A DNA stretch of 64,000 nt. Origin: Octopus bimaculoides (taxonomy: Eukaryota). The stretch is taken from the NCBI RefSeq assembly GCF_001194135.2, contig NC_068998.1, positions 2,314,488-2,378,487 on the forward strand. The letters are read 5' to 3'. Shown in pieces: positions 23,306-34,662 of the stretch. A program made the translations under genes and the position numbers. The notes below the pieces were generated by a model. That model saw only the letters and a program-made list of their open reading frames with translations, was not told where the DNA came from and searched no databases. Within the stretch, counting starts at the first letter, position 1. Each line of letters begins with the position of its first letter.

Positions 23306-23431
23306 GAGTTCTGTGACGTGACTGAGCTCAGCAGGAGATTAAATGGCCGAGGCCGTCCACCCCCAGCAGTCTGTCGTCTGAAACCTTATCAGTGTGGGTC
23401 GTTGCAATTCCTTACATCAGTAGACACAAAT
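23306..23431 (+). CDS. Weak candidate 126-nt phase 0-0 exon (EFCDVTELSRRLNGRGRPPPAVCRLKPYQCGSLQFLTSVDTN)
   Basis: CTTCATTTGCCAACAG|G acceptor; open frame; mediocre donor AAT|GTAATT; CpG-containing unique sequence. No homology recognised. Confidence 0.2.
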
Positions 23432-23540
23432 GTAATTGCATGGAAATGTGTTTGGCGTAGCACTAAGAGTTTATCTCTTGAACAAGGTTCCAGGAAATAT
23501 TCTTGGTTTTGAACAGATTAAAAGCCTAAATTGTCATCTT

Positions 23541-23783
23541 TATTATTATTATTAGCAGTAGTAGTAATATTCTACTATAGGCACAAAGCCTGAAAATTGG
23601 GGAAGTGGGGACTAGTCAGTTACATCGACCCCAGTGTTTCACTGGTGCTTAATTTATCGACTCTGAAGGAATGAAAGGCAAAGTCAACCTCAGTGGAATT
23701 TGAACTCAGAATGTAAAGACAGATGAAATGCTGGTAAGCATTTTCACCCTGTGTGCTAATGATTCTGCCAGCTCACCGCCTTA
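23541..23783 (-). mobile_element. Family A SINE, full length
   Basis: Reverse of GGCGGTGAGCTGGCAGAATCATTAGC..GAGTTCAAATTCCACTGAGGTTGACTTTGCCTTTCATTCC..GCTTTGTGCCTATAGTAGAAT. Confidence 0.85.
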
Positions 23784-23788
23784 ATTAC

Positions 23789-23853
<65 letters not shown>

Positions 23854-23863
23854 TAATAATAAT

Positions 23864-24230
23864 AACAAGAGCAGTCAGAGAGTGCAAACCTCTGCCAAGG
23901 CAACACCAACATCCTCTCAATGATTATCCGGGGATGATTTTTAAAATGAGAATATCTGAAATAAACTCAACTGCTCTCACAAATGAGAATAGTGAAAATG
24001 AACCTGACCACTCTCAAAGATTTAAGTGAACAAAAAACAGGAAAAATAATCCAGAATCCTTGTCCAGTACTGGATCAATCCCAAAATTGAATCAGTTCAT
24101 GCCAGTCATGAGGCTGAAAGTTTCATCCGAATCCATCCAGCGGTTCTTGAGATATCTTGTCCATGGACAAACAAACAAACAAACACAACTGAAAACAATA
24201 CCTCCGCCTTTGCTAAGGCAGAGATAATAA
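23864..24230 (-). mobile_element. Complete Helentron/DINE-1-like non-autonomous element (HINE)
   Basis: Terminal palindrome ACCTCCGCCTT-TGCT-AAGGCAGAGAT (24200-24225); (CAAA)n microsatellite; sub-terminal repeat ACCTCTGCCAAGG (23888-23900); short stem-loop GCAGTC-AGA-GAGTGC; flanks are T-rich on the element strand. This architecture is established for DINE-1/HINEs. Confidence 0.7.
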
Positions 24231-24231
24231 T

Positions 24232-24500
24232 AAGGACATTGGATATTGTGGGATGGTCATGGTTGGAACAACTTCAGTCTTATGTCTGCTTGATCAGTGT
24301 TGAATACTGAGCTACAACTGAACAGCAATAATGTACCAACTAGGGTTTTTTTGTATCACTCAATTTCTTAGAAATAGCAACCAAAACTCCCTCAAATCAC
24401 ACTGTAATGTCTTTAAGAGAGACCTATTGAATAGTGTAGTCTCGGGTACACTATGCCTGAATAAAAATTAAGATGGAATAGTCGCACCAATAACAAGAAC
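24232..24500 (+). mobile_element. Two partial family C copies (3' half, then 5' half)
   Basis: GGATGGTCATGGTTGGAAC..CTGCTTGATCAG, then AGAAATAGCAACCAAAACTCCCTCAAATCACAC. Confidence 0.6.
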
Positions 24501-24524
24501 AGCTACCAAGAATTATGGAGAATG

Positions 24525-24705
24525 ACCAAGTAATGTTACCATGGTAACTGACATCATCCCCCCTCCCTGTTCAGTGGAATCATCTAAGTCAGTGCAACAT
24601 TTGAGCTTGGCCAAATTAATCAAGTTACCTAGGTAACTGATCTTATCCCTCCCTCCCTTCCCCGTTCAGTGCAATCCTCTGGAATGGTGCAACATTTGTC
24701 AAGAA
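24525..24705. promoter_or_regulatory. Diverged ~90-bp tandem duplication; each unit carries a perfect palindromic X-box
   Basis: GTTACCATGGTAAC 24535-48 and GTTACCTAGGTAAC 24624-37, each followed by TGA..ATCCC..CCC.GTTCAGTG.AATC.TCT..GTGCAACATTTG. Confidence 0.55.
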
Positions 24706-25406
24706 CAATGCCAATAGTTTAGTAGCCATTATTGCTACAGCAAACATTTAAATTGTACATTTCACCTGTTTTAATTGATATTGTGTGTCACATGACTTGC
24801 TGTACTTTCTTCTGACTTTAATTAGTCAATAGAATCATGTTACTAATTAACTAACAGAATTATGTTACTAAGTCAAGGTTGCTTGATAAGTTAGGAAAAA
24901 ATTCAGTTCAAAATCTAGAAGATTGTGTTAGAAAGTACCGAAAACCAAAACTGTTACTAGTATATATATATATATATATATNNNNNNNNNNNNNNNNNNN
25001 NNNNNNNNNNNNNNNNNNNNNNNNNNNNNNNNNNNNNNNNNNNNNNNNNNNNNNNNNNNNNNNNNNNNNNNNNNNNNNNNNNNNNNNNNNNNNNNNNNNN
25101 NNNNNNNNNNNNNNNNNNNNNNNNNNNNNNNNNNNNNNNNNNNNNNNNNNNNNNNNNNNNNNNNNNNNNNNNNNNNNNNNNNNNNNNNNNNNNNNNNNNN
25201 NNNNNNNNNNNNNNNNNNNNNNNNNNNNNNNNNNNNNNNNNNNNNNNNNNNNNNNNNNNNNNNNNNNNNNNNNNNNNNNNNNNNNNNNNNNNNNNNNNNN
25301 NNNNNNNNNNNNNNNNNNNNNNNNNNNNNNNNNNNNNNNNNNNNNNNNNTCATGTTGCAAAAGTTTATAAAAAGACTTTATAACATCAACAATATATGTG
25401 TGTGTG

Positions 25407-25455
<49 letters not shown>

Positions 25456-25817
25456 TGTGTGTGTGTGTGTATGCACATGTCTAGTCTGTATTAACACCAA
25501 ATATGATAAATGGCTACAACATAGTTTTGTGGAAAACAAAATGCAAGCAGGAGAAATTGAAGTTTCTGCTATGTGAAAGTCTTAAAATCTTTCCATCATA
25601 TCATTAGCTGGCCTGTCCCCTAACAACCTTATCGGGAGCAAGTAAAGGAGCCTTTATGCATTTTCTGAACCCAGTAGAAATAGTAGCAAAATCATCATCA
25701 TCATCATTGTTTTTTAATGACTGTGTGTTTCCCTACCAGCCTGCCCTTCCGTCCCCTATTTCCTTATTAGATATTTTCACTCCTCTGTCCCTTCATTTAG
25801 AGGCAAGCTCCAAACTC

Positions 25818-26010
25818 GTTCCACTCATCATGACCTGTTTCACAGTCTCTCTCCACTCACCATGACTCATTTCCCTATAAAACTGCCCCTCCCCTCATCA
25901 TGCCCATTTCCCTATAAAACTGCCCCTCCACTCATCATGCCCATTTCCCTGCAAAACTGCCCCTCTACTCATCATGACTCATTTCACACCCAAACTGCCC
26001 CTCCATTCAT
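25818..26010. repeat. ~37-bp minisatellite, 4-5 copies
   Basis: Unit CACTCATCATGCCCATTTCCCTATAAAACTGCCCCTC. Confidence 0.85.
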
Positions 26011-26058
26011 GTTTTACTGTGTGACACCAATTCTTTACCTTTTCTTTTCATTCCCTAA

Positions 26059-26147
<89 letters not shown>

Positions 26148-26723
26148 TTCTTCTGTACATCACTTCTAATTTACTTTATTCATAATCTAATGTGATATTC
26201 ATTCAATACAATTCTTACCTTTCAAGTATTTAAATTTAAAAAAACAAAAGGATTGAAATTTAAAAAAGGGTGGCAAGCAGTTTTGAAGAGTAGCGTAATA
26301 CATGTTGTGGTCCCTGATTTATTTATTGAAATGCCATAAATAAATTATATATTTTTTTGTTATACTTTATGTATTGAGTCATTAGTTTTTTGGGGGTGGG
26401 GGTGGGTTCCGTTTGTGAAACCAGATCTAATTTATCTTTCATCACTTGTCTCTCTTTCTCAGTCTTCCAAATTTTTCAGTTTTTTTAAAAATCATTTTTT
26501 AACCTTTTAATCAGGGGATATTGCAGTGCCCCTAACCCTTTGCAGGGCCACTGAGATTGTTGGGAAGGAGTGGGGTATCCCCAAACCAGAGACATGCTCC
26601 GGATGCTTACATCAGAGTGAACTCTGCTGAAAGTACCCAGGGTGCTATTTAGACTAAGCAACAGATTAAGTCTACCACTCAAAGAAGGAATTGATTTCAG
26701 AGCATGGGAACTTAGAATGAATA

Positions 26724-26910
26724 ACCCTTACTAGTATAGGTAGAAAGGCCTGAGTTATTGGAGCAAGGAGGCATGGGCTAGTCAATTACATTAGCCCCAG
26801 TTTTCAACTGGTATTTATTTTATCAACCCTGAAAGTATGAAAGGCAAAGTCAACCTCAGCAGCATTTGAACTCAGAACATATAAGCTACCAATTCTGCCA
26901 GCTCACCGCC
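26724..26910 (-). mobile_element. Family A SINE, internally shortened
   Basis: ATGAAAGGCAAAGTCAACCTCAGCAGCATTTGAACTCAG..AATTCTGCCAGCTCACCGCC. Confidence 0.75.
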
Positions 26911-27917
26911 CCCTTCGAGTCTATAAACAGTGCAGGACACTTACAGTTCTTATAATTTTCTAAATCCTCTGCCCTGGATTGTTACTTTAAGATCTCTGAA
27001 AGATAAAGTTGAACTGTTCAGGATTTAAACTTGCAGTTGTAACAATTACTGTGAGGCATTTTAACACTTTAACGACACTTAATTCAGCTGTGTGTTTGGG
27101 TGTGGGTGTGTTTGGAGGTGAAGAATGTTGTTTACAAATGAACTGTCAAGACAAATAACATCCTAGGTTCCGCAGCTGGCCTATTAAAGAATAGGATTTC
27201 CGGGACACAACACAGATCCAGTTAAACCATCAGATCCTTGCCAGCATGGGAAACAGACATTAACTGACAATGACCACATTTTTAATTTAATTTATATTTA
27301 TATATTGGTAAACTGTATGTTTATTTTATTTATTTACTTATTTGTTAAATGTTAAAACAAGTTTCTGCACTCATCTAGACATGAATATCATTTTGATTCA
27401 GTTGGGGACAGGTGCCTTACTTTGTGTATCAGCTAACTGAGGCAGGGTTCAATCAACAATGAAGCAAGGCAGGCTGTGTCGCAATTGATAACATATATTG
27501 ACTAATGAGTGATCACTTGGCTGCATCAGTGGCTTTTGCGGTGACTGTTTCTATCAACCGTACTTCCTCCCCCTCCTCCTACAAAATATTGTGTGTATGT
27601 GTGTGTGCTTAGCCAGAAGGAATTCATTTTCCTGTTAAATTCGTTCCGGGCCAGTAGTTTGGGAAACCAACGGGATAGAGTCGGGGGAAAGCAATTACAA
27701 AGGGATGCATTCTTTTTGGAGGAATAAGTATGGGGCTGCAGAATGTTATGTGCTGGGTCTGGGAGGTGGAACCCAAATCTCTGTTACTCAAGAAAGTGCT
27801 CAAGTCTGTATTGTTTCATGCCTTAGATTTATTGCTTGTTGTTGTTGTTGTTGTTTAGCTTCAGCAATCTTATTCAGCTGGTCTACGATCAAAGGCATTC
27901 CAGATATGACTCACACA

Positions 27918-28355
27918 CCAGGCATGACTGTGTGATAAGAAACCTGCCTCCCAACCACATAGTTTCAGGTTCAGTCCCACTGCAACACACATTGGGCAAG
28001 TTTCTTTTATTATAGCCTTGGGCCAACCAAAGCTTTGTGTGTGGATTAGGTAGAAGGATTAGGTAGCTCATTGTATATATATATATACATATAAATACGT
28101 GTGTGTGTGTGTGTGTTACTGTATCCTTGTTTTGACATCATGCGGTAGTTGCAAATGACTGCCACTGTGATGCTGGTGGCACAGTTTGTTTCCAGTCTTC
28201 TGTGAAAACACGTTTGGCCAGTGGGGAATATTACTTTACTTGGAAACGGATGAGGATTGGTGACAGGAATCATATCCGGCCTTGACAAATTCTGCCTGAC
28301 GCATGTGAGCATGGAAAAGTGGACATTAAAATGACGATGATGATGATGATGATGG
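27918..28355 (+). mobile_element. Family D SINE, full length
   Basis: GGCATGACTGTGTGATAAG head; GGTTCAGTCCC; CATTGGGCAAGTTTCTTTTATTATAGCC (CORE-like); internal TA/TG microsatellite; tail AGCATGGAAAAGTGGACATTAAAATGAC(GAT)n. Confidence 0.8.
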
Positions 28356-30609
28356 ACCATAGTCTACCTTAGACTAGGTTACCCAATATGACCTTCATTT
28401 TTTTTTTTTTAAGATGCTGCGATGTGATGTAAGGATGATTTTTGTCATTATTTCTAATTTCTAACAAGCAAAACAACCACCTAGAGGCTTCCCAGAATTA
28501 ATGTTGCTATTTTTTTCTTTATTCATTTTTTCTCCAAATGTCAACAGAATTCTCACTGCAGTCAGAAGAGGTTATTTTGCCACAATATAAATATTTACTT
28601 AAAGCTACTCAGCAAACAAATATATATTTATCTTATTATTCATGTCATATTTATGTTATTTTTGTTTATCAGCCGACACACATTGCTTCTTCTATTGCCA
28701 AAACAAAAGCACTAATGAGATAACTATATTAAGTTTTAAATTTAGATTTTAAATTTAAATGTCTTGCTGAAAAGATTAAATTTTTTTTTCGTCTCCCCGC
28801 TTTGCTATCCCAGCAATCTCTGCTATTCAGGTCAGTGGAGCTACACTTTGGTTCCTTTATTCCGTCTGCGTACAAAGGGTAGACTTATATGGTGCATGAT
28901 GAGTCTGTCGCCTGATGCTGCTGTAATGGCAGTGAGGCATGGGAAGTAAAGTGCGGAACACCAACGGCAGCAGCAGAGGAACTGGCTCACTCTTGCATGG
29001 TCCATTGCATTCACTAGGGGGGGNNNNNNNNNNNNNNNNNNNNNNNNNNNNNNNNNNNNNNNNNNNNNNNNNNNNNNNNNNNNNNNNNNNNNNNNNNNNN
29101 NNNNNNNNNNNNNNNNNNNNNNNNNNNNNNNNNNNNNNNNNNNNNNNNNNNNNNNNNNNNNNNNNNNNNNNNNNNNNNNNNNNNNNNNNNNNNNNNNNNN
29201 NNNNNNNNNNNNNNNNNNNNNNNNNNNNNNNNNNNNNNNNNNNNNNNNNNNNNNNNNNNNNNNNNNNNNNNNNNNNNNNNNNNNNNNNNNNNNNNNNNNN
29301 NNNNNNNNNNNNNNNNNNNNNNNNNNNNNNNNNNNNNNNNNNNNNNNNNNNNNNNNNNNNNNNNNNNNNNNNNNNNNNNNNNNNNNNNNNNNNNNNNNNN
29401 NNNNNNNNNNNNNNNNNNNNNNNNNNNNNNNNNNNNNNNNNNNNNNNNNNNNNNNNNNNNNNNNNNNNNNNNNNNNNNNNNNNNNNNNNNNNNNNNNNNN
29501 NNNNNNNNNNNNNNNNNNNNNNNNNNNNNNNNNNNNNNNNNNNNNNNNNNNNNNNNNNNNNNNNNNNNNNNNNNNNNNNNNNNNNNNNNNNNNNNNNNNN
29601 NNNNNNNNNNNNNNNNNNNNNNNNNNNNNNNNNNNNNNNNNNNNNNNNNNNNNNNNNNNNNNNNNNNNNNNNNNNNNNNNNNNNNNNNNNNNNNNNNNNN
29701 NNNNNNNNNNNNNNNNNNNNNNNNNNNNNNNNNNNNNNNNNNNNNNNNNNNNNNNNNNNNNNNNNNNNNNNNNNNNNNNNTACAAGGGGGAGACAAGCAC
29801 CTCCACCTTGTCTTCCCCTTGTAAACATAAGGACACAGGCAATGTGTCAAGACCGACAGGAAGCGGTGCAGCTTCCTAGGTCTAACCAACAGTAGTGTTA
29901 TTCCCTTCAGGGGACTGTCACCTTAAGTTGACAGCATACAACTACTTCATCATATCACTACTACATAAATCTCTCTGAGAGATTTAGAAATGTATTATTT
30001 CTAAAATAGAAAGAAGTTAGGCAGAAAAAAGACTGTACTAAGCCCCTTAAAACCCACCCCATCAGGTGACCTCTAAGCTTTCTAGTTCCTCCCTGGTTGT
30101 ACTTTGAACTTGTTGTGTCTTGCCAAAGAATCTTTTGGCCTCTGTCACTTCCTTCTCCAGATTGCCCTATTTGTTATGTCTTAGTGCAGTTAGTTCTTAT
30201 CTTAAGGTCACTGGTCTATGTTGAGTGGGGAGGGAGGGAGTAAAGAGAGGGACCTTTATACATATGTATGTGTGTGTGTATACATGTTTGTATATGTGTG
30301 CACGTGTGTGTGTTTGTTATTTATTTCTGACTCCAGCTTGGTGCCATGCTGTCTCCAAACTATTTTATTAAATTAATATTTACATCTATATATGAGCTGT
30401 CTCTAGAATGTTCTGATTGTCACAACTTTCAAATATTTCTGTACTTGTGTCATTGGACAACTACAACACAAGTATGGTCACTCTCTCTCTCTCTCTCTCT
30501 CTCTTGTATGTACATAGAGATACCTCAACACCACACACACTCACACCAATACCCACACAGAGATGGAAAGGTCCACTATATTAGCCATGATGTTCCTTTG
30601 GTTTTCTGT

Positions 30610-30690
30610 CTTTTAGTCAGGTGGGAAGATAGTGTCCATGACCCTCTAATATTGATGGGAGGGACGGAGGGAGGAAGATTGGAGACTTGG
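30610..30690 (+). repeat. Short unclassified interspersed repeat (family H); second copy at ~43124-43200
   Basis: Both begin CTTTTAGTCAGGTGGGAAG..AGTG.C.ATG and end in GGAGGGAGG(G)AAGA. Confidence 0.45.
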
Positions 30691-30878
30691 ACTCCATGAA
30701 AGGTATCCAAGGACCAAGATAATGGAGTGAGGTTACCACCCATGTAGGCCCATGGTGAGATTTGAACTCAAAATGCAAAGAACTAGGACCAAATAGCATA
30801 AGGTGTCCAGTCTGATGTTATTACAATTTCGTGAATTCCACCACCATCAGTTACTGTTTAAATTTATTGAATTTGAAA

Positions 30879-30930
30879 GGATATTTGGGAAATTTCGAAC
30901 CTGGGTTCTAATTCATAAGATATTTTTTGA

Positions 30931-30992
<62 letters not shown>

Positions 30993-31015
30993 TCACTGCC
31001 TGGAATCGAACTCGG
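30879..31015 (-). mobile_element. tRNA-derived SINE (family E) fragment with internal (AAT)n
   Basis: Minus strand: CCGAGTTCGATTCCAGGCAGTGACCTG(AAT)n..AGAACCCAGGTTCGAAATTTCCC; clear B-box GAGTTCGATTCC. Confidence 0.6.
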
Positions 31016-31034
31016 TGTGTGTGTGTGTGTGTTT

Positions 31035-31198
31035 ACATCCCTGTGACTTAGCAGTCTGGCAAGAGAGAGATAAATTGAATAAATATCAAGCTCCAAAAAG
31101 AAATTTTAAAAAAGTGCTGAGGTTGTTCACCTAAAATCGCAGATGGCAGTGTGACCCAGCATGGCCACTGTCCAGTAACTGAAACAAATGAAAGACAC
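31035..31198 (+). mobile_element. Family B SINE 3' part (diverged)
   Basis: GTGTTTACATCCCTGTGACTTAGCAG..CCCAGCATGGCCACTGTCCAGTAACTGAAACAAATGAAAG. Confidence 0.65.
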
Positions 31199-31529
31199 AT
31201 GGATATATATATATATATGTATATATATGTATATATATTTCTGGTGAGAGAATTCCAGTTGTGTATACATGTGTTTAGTAATGTGGGAACTTCATGGTGG
31301 AAGGGTGTGATTTAATTACAAGAAGGCAACAGAATCTCGTTAGTTGTGGCAGTGGAGGGAGTGAGGGGTAGCATGTGATCACCTCTGATGTTCTGACCTC
31401 TACGTTATCTCCACCTCCACCCTCATACCTCTATCTAAACCTACCCCAAGGTGGTAATTTACTACCCACTGTAATTTCATATTGTCCTTTAATATCAGGT
31501 TTAAATAACACTCAACCTTCACACTTCTT

Positions 31530-31870
31530 CTTTCAGGCTTTTTTCTTTTGCTTTGTGGCTTTTCTCCTTTTTTTTTTCTTGTTCTTTGTTTACTTCCTTT
31601 CTCTCTTCCTCCCGCACTTTTCCTCTCTCTCTCTCTCTCTCTCATTTTTTCACCATCTCTCCCCCTCTTCCCCTTTCTAACCTCTCTCTCTCTCACTGCC
31701 TTTCACCCACTTCCACTTTCTCATCTTCTCCTATCTTCTCTCCCTCTTCTTCCATCCCCCTCCTGCTCTCTTCATTCCCTCTCCCTCCATCTCTCCACTT
31801 TCTATATCTTTCTTCCTTTCCTTCTTCCCTTCCTTCCTTCCTTCCTCATTCATTCTTCAATTCCTTTCCA
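31530..31870. repeat. Polypyrimidine (CT-rich) low-complexity tract; similar tracts at ~61330-61550 and ~62930-63240
   Basis: Direct reading of the sequence. Confidence 0.85.
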
Positions 31871-32030
31871 ATGTAGTGGACAATTTCAGGCAAGAGTGGT
31901 GTTGTATAGCGAACTGTGTGCTGCTGCTGCTGTAGTGGTGGTGGTTACTAAATGGTGTAGTGTGTTGAAGAGTGTATTAGTAAAGTGTAACCTGTAGTAT
32001 AGTATAGTGTGTGTGTGCATGTGTGTATAT

Positions 32031-32212
32031 GTTTGTGTGTCTGTGTTTGTCCCCACCAACATCGCTTGACAACCGATGGTGGCAGTTTGGCAAAAGAGAC
32101 CGATAGAATAAGTACTAGGCTTACAAAGAATAAGTCCTGGGGTTGATTTGCTCAACTAAAGGCGGTGCTCCAGCATGGCCGCAGTCAAATCACTGAAACA
32201 AGTAAAAGAGTA
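32031..32212 (+). mobile_element. Young family B SINE 3' part
   Basis: GAGACCGATAGAATAAGTACTAGGCTTACAAAGAATAAGTCCTGGGG..GGCGGTGCTCCAGCATGGCCGCAGTCAAATCACTGAAACAAGTAAAAGAGT; CpGs retained. Confidence 0.85.
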
Positions 32213-32254
32213 TATATATATATATATANNNNNNNNNNTATATATATATATATA

Positions 32255-32745
32255 AAACTAGGTCTGCCTCTTTTGCATTTGCCTCCCCTCAATGGTCTGT
32301 CTGGATGAAGCCCAACATCTCCCTGAGGACCAAAACCCATCTTTTCCACATGCTAGTTCTGCCTGTCCTCTTCTGTGCTGAGACCTGGACCATCCTCAAA
32401 CAGGATCTGAACAAACTTTAGGTGTTCCCAATGCAGTGTTTGTTAGATCCTTGCTGTCTCTCCATGCAACCAAATCTCAGACAACGACTTCTTAAACCAA
32501 TGCCAGCTGCAGCCAACCAACAGAGACCAAGTCCGGCTGCGCAGGCTGCAGTGGTTTGGCTGCATCTGCAGGATAAGCACTGGAAAGCTATCAAACCAAC
32601 TTTCATGGCGGCAGCAACCCACACACTGGAGAATTTAATTGCGGTGCACCAAAGAAGATATGAGTGAAACAAATAGAGGAAAACCTGAAGTCGCAGCACT
32701 TTGATCTCGTGCAGCACCATGGATCAGAAAGTGTGGAGTGACATC
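32255..32745 (+). mobile_element. 5'-truncated, degenerate RTE-clade LINE (ORF2 C-terminal region)
   Basis: With frameshifts and stops it reads VWMKPNISLRTKTHLFHMLVLPVL.CAETWTILKQDLNKL*VF..QVRLRRLQWFGCICR..GAPKKI*VKQIEENLK, matching the RTE post-RT pattern (LLYGxETWT, RRLRWxGHV, RGRPxKxW). A family B 3' fragment follows at ~32748-32910. Confidence 0.85.
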
Positions 32746-33114
32746 ATCACTTGACAACCAATGCTGGTTTGTTTACATCCCAATAACTTACCAGTCCAGC
32801 AAAAAGTGACTGATAGCATATGTATCCAGCTTAAAAGGAATAAGTACTGGGGTCAATTTGTTCAACTAAAATTCTTCAAGGCAGTGCCCCAGCATGGCCA
32901 CAGTCTAACGAGTGGTGGTGGTGGTGGTGGTATGCCAATGTGATGAAGAGAGTGGGAGTGATTGCAAGTAAACTTTAATTAGTTGTGTAGGTATTCGCAA
33001 ACCTTCCCATCTAAGCTTTTCATGTTGAGATGAGATGGGAAGGTTCATAAATGCTTATACGCATACACACAAATTACTTTCCATATACGAACCAATGGAG
33101 GAGAAACTTCCTGT

Positions 33115-33310
33115 GGTCACTCAGTATGTTAAGAATAGCAACGAAATATCTCTCAAATCACAATCCCCTGTCTTAAGCAGAAAAAAAGGAAGGATACATT
33201 ATATAACTTAGTCCTAGATACAAAAATAAAAGAAGGGATGGTCATGAGTGGAATGCCTTTGATTGTAGATCTACTGGATCAAAGTTAGATTGGAAATAAA
33301 CAACAGCAAC
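33115..33310 (+). mobile_element. Family C retroposon
   Basis: AAGAATAGCAACGAAATATCTCTCAAATCAC..GGGATGGTCATGAGTGGAATGCCTTTGAT..CAACAGCAAC. Confidence 0.7.
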
Positions 33311-33375
33311 CCTATACACACACACACACACACACACACACAGTTACCTCACATATACACATACACTGCCTCCCC

Positions 33376-33431
<56 letters not shown>

Positions 33432-33611
33432 TAACTGACCCATCCTTGTTTCACCAAATTCTATTCAAACCAGACACCTCCGCAGTTACATCTGTGAAGA
33501 CAGGTAGAATTATGTGAGTGTCTGTAAGTACATACGGTAACAATAGCAGATATCTATACATGCACACACGCACGCACACACACAACGCAGATGTGTGTGT
33601 GTGTGTGTGTA

Positions 33612-33811
33612 TATTCTTTTATTTGTTTCAGTCATTTGACTGCGGCCATGCTGGAGCACCGCCTTCAGTCGAACAAATCGACCCCAGGACTTAACCTTTG
33701 TAAGTCTAGTACTTATTCTATCGGTCTCTTTTGCCGAACTGCTAGGTTACTGGAACATAAACACACCAACATCAATTGCCAAGCGATGGTGGGTGGACAA
33801 ACACAAAGACA

Positions 33812-33813
<2 letters not shown>
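33612..33813 (-). mobile_element. Young family B SINE 3' part
   Basis: TTTGTTTCAGTCATTTGACTGCGGCCATGCTGGAGCACCGCC..GACCCCAGGAC..TAGTACTTATTCTATCGGTCTC. Confidence 0.85.
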
Positions 33814-33875
<62 letters not shown>

Positions 33876-33900
33876 TGTGTATGAGGGATATATATATATA

Positions 33901-34059
33901 TACTCTCTGAGTGGTTGGCGTTAGGAAGGGCATCCAGCTGTAGAAACTCTGCCAAATTTAGATTGGAGCCTGGTGTTGCCATCCGGTTTCACCAGTCCTC
34001 AGTCAAGTCGTCTAACCCATGCTAGCATGGAAAGCGGACGTTAAACGATGATGATGATA
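33901..34059 (+). mobile_element. Young family D SINE tail
   Basis: CTCTCTGAGTGGTTGGCGTTAGGAAGGGCATCCAGCTGTAGAAAC..CATGCTAGCATGGAAAGCGGACGTTAAAC(GAT)n. Confidence 0.85.
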
Positions 34060-34623
34060 TATAATGGGCATGTGTGTTTGTGTATCTATGTATGAGCTGT
34101 TGTATTAGAACCGTTCTTATGGATTCGAGACAGCTGTTTGGTTTCCACAACTTGGTTATCAGTGAATGTGGTGGTGGTGATAGTGGTGGTGTTGGTGGTA
34201 GGCCTGCTTGATAGGTAGGGGCAGGGGGTTTTACCTGTCTTAGATGTGTAAGGTAAGCACCAGGGTGGTTATAGATATCTGGGTGGACAGTTTATCTGCT
34301 TCATCACAGCAGCTTTTCTCTTCCTCATAATTCCCTCCTTTTTGGAAGGAGCTTGATTGTATTGTCTGGCTCTGTGTGTGTGTGTGTGTGTGTGTGCTTG
34401 ACAGTGGAGTAGGGTGAGGTGACTGAGATAAATGATAGTGTTTATTAAGTGATCAACAAAAACCAAACCAAATTGTCAAATAGTAGAACTTGTATTAGCT
34501 GAGAGGTTAAAGTTAGTGAGTCACTGACCCAGTTTGGAAGTTTAAGAAGAAAAGAAAAGAAAAGCTCCAATAATTTCATTGAGGCCACTAATATTTTTCT
34601 TAGAATGAAAAGCAGTAGAAATT

Positions 34624-34662
<39 letters not shown>

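Noticed and set aside
32418-32720. ORFs 32422-32667 (+) and 32418-32720 (-) as genes
   Set aside because: They are off-frame or antisense readings of the decayed RTE LINE.
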